A stretch of DNA of 64,000 nucleotides, taken from contig NC_068983.1 of NCBI RefSeq assembly GCF_001194135.2, positions 86,918,577 through 86,982,576 of the forward strand, in the 5' to 3' direction. The position numbers were made by a program, and so were the translations under genes. Within the stretch, counting starts at the first letter, position 1. The number at the start of each line of letters is the position of its first letter. Below are positions 62,972 to 64,000 of the stretch, piece after piece. The notes under the pieces were generated by a model. That model was not told the DNA's origin. It searched no databases and saw only the letters and a program-made list of their open reading frames with translations. This stretch comes from Octopus bimaculoides (Eukaryota).

Positions 62972-62990
62972 GTATCTATGTATGTCTGTA
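62070..62990. repeat. Compound (TA)/(CA)/(TG) microsatellite array spanning an N gap
   Basis: Directly visible. Other arrays at about 900, 1845-1935, 2815-2870, 36851-36892, 39322-39404, 55413-55478, 59035-59092, 60322-60385. Confidence 0.95.
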
Positions 62991-63149
62991 TGTATGTGTG
63001 TGTATATATACATATATTATATTCTTTAATTCTTTTATGCATTTCATCCCAAAGGCTGTGACCATGCTGGAGCACACTAACTATCATCACCTTTTCAATA
63101 GCCATTCCCATATGATTGGCTTTTGAGGAAAAGGGAGCTTGATATTGCT

Positions 63150-64000
63150 GCCCTCTTTTGAATTTCTTACTACAAAGGAGGTTCATCTGGAATCTTCGGC
63201 AGTAGAAGGTCAAGTTGCTTCTTGAAAACATGTACTCCATTCCATATAGATCTCCCAGATTTTTTAGCAAGATATTAAATTGTATTGTAACCTGCGTGGA
63301 TGTTGAAGATTGTGAAATAACAAAAAGTCAATTGGCTTGGGTGGCAGTGATGTACAATGAAAAAAATTCAGAGAGTTATTACCTCTACTGGAAAGAGCAG
63401 TGCTACATGGTAGTGAGACATGAGGCCTGAATGCAAAGGTTTTACAAAGGCTAGAAAGAAATAAGGGGAACATATTTCACTAAATGTGTAATGTCATTGT
63501 ACATCAGGGGTCAGGGAACTTTTTTAACAAATTACCCCAAAATATATTTATTTACACTGACATTACCTCCATGATTTGAAAGGAAGAAAATCATAGATTC
63601 TTTGAATTCAAAAGGTTTATTGAATCTATATGAATTCATTTACACATTCATTACATTGGACAGATGTAGTGTTGCCAGAAGAAAAATTACTGTTGCAACA
63701 AGGAACACATTTTTTATATGATTTTACTTAGGTCTAATGAGTCCTCATTACCCAAGAATTTCGTTTTTACCCCACTTGAGGTAATTTACCCCAGTTTGCT
63801 GACCCCTATTGTAGGTGAAGAATACAGTACAAATGACCATAGAGTATATCTGTGTATAGGAGGAATGTGATGTAGACTGCAAGAGAAAAAGAACTGCATT
63901 AGCATGGGGTTGTGATGCATATGGATGAAAACAGATGCATAGAAGATTGTTGAGCAATCAAGTAGAAAATGAAAGTCTAGAAAGGCATGGGATGAAGCAA
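63150..64000 (+). mobile_element. Decayed RTE LINE RT C-terminal region, interrupted by a MITE
   Basis: KKFRELLPLLERAVLHGSET*GLNAKVLQRLERNK at about 63360-63465; resumes after 63820 with an MRMDENRCI-like segment. Confidence 0.7.
63505..63808. mobile_element. hAT-type MITE
   Basis: TIRs caggggtcagggaact and agtttgctgaccccta; imperfect 8-bp TSD ttgtacat / ttgtaggt with central TA. Confidence 0.7.

Overview
AT-rich, microsatellite-dense eukaryotic draft scaffold with several N gaps. The repeat families and composition suggest an octopus or other coleoid cephalopod; that is an inference. Two spliced genes face each other tail-to-tail, and I rebuilt both by hand from GT-AG signals with consistent reading phase. 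(1) The + strand carries the 3' 11 coding exons of IQCB1/NPHP5 (1045-20461, 458 aa in this window; the 5' exons lie upstream). (2) The - strand carries an apparently complete 12-exon E2F dimerisation partner gene, TFDP1/2-like (57462-30568, 461 aa), with a CpG-rich promoter at about 57480-58060. Introns are filled with tRNA-headed SINEs, RTE LINE fragments and 3' tails, a near full-length decayed maT/mariner element, a Penelope-like element, a hAT-type MITE and three long fold-back elements. The best leads are a 30-nt in-frame deletion in the DP marked-box exon, two hammerhead-ribozyme-like motifs, a roughly 10-kb repeat-poor interval that may be a very long convergent 3'UTR, a copy of exon sequence at a SINE junction, and an exon that begins with a strong donor motif. 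I found no prokaryote-type systems (CRISPR, operons) and no tRNA or rRNA genes. Most ORFs in the supplied track are artefacts of microsatellites, gaps or transposon relics.
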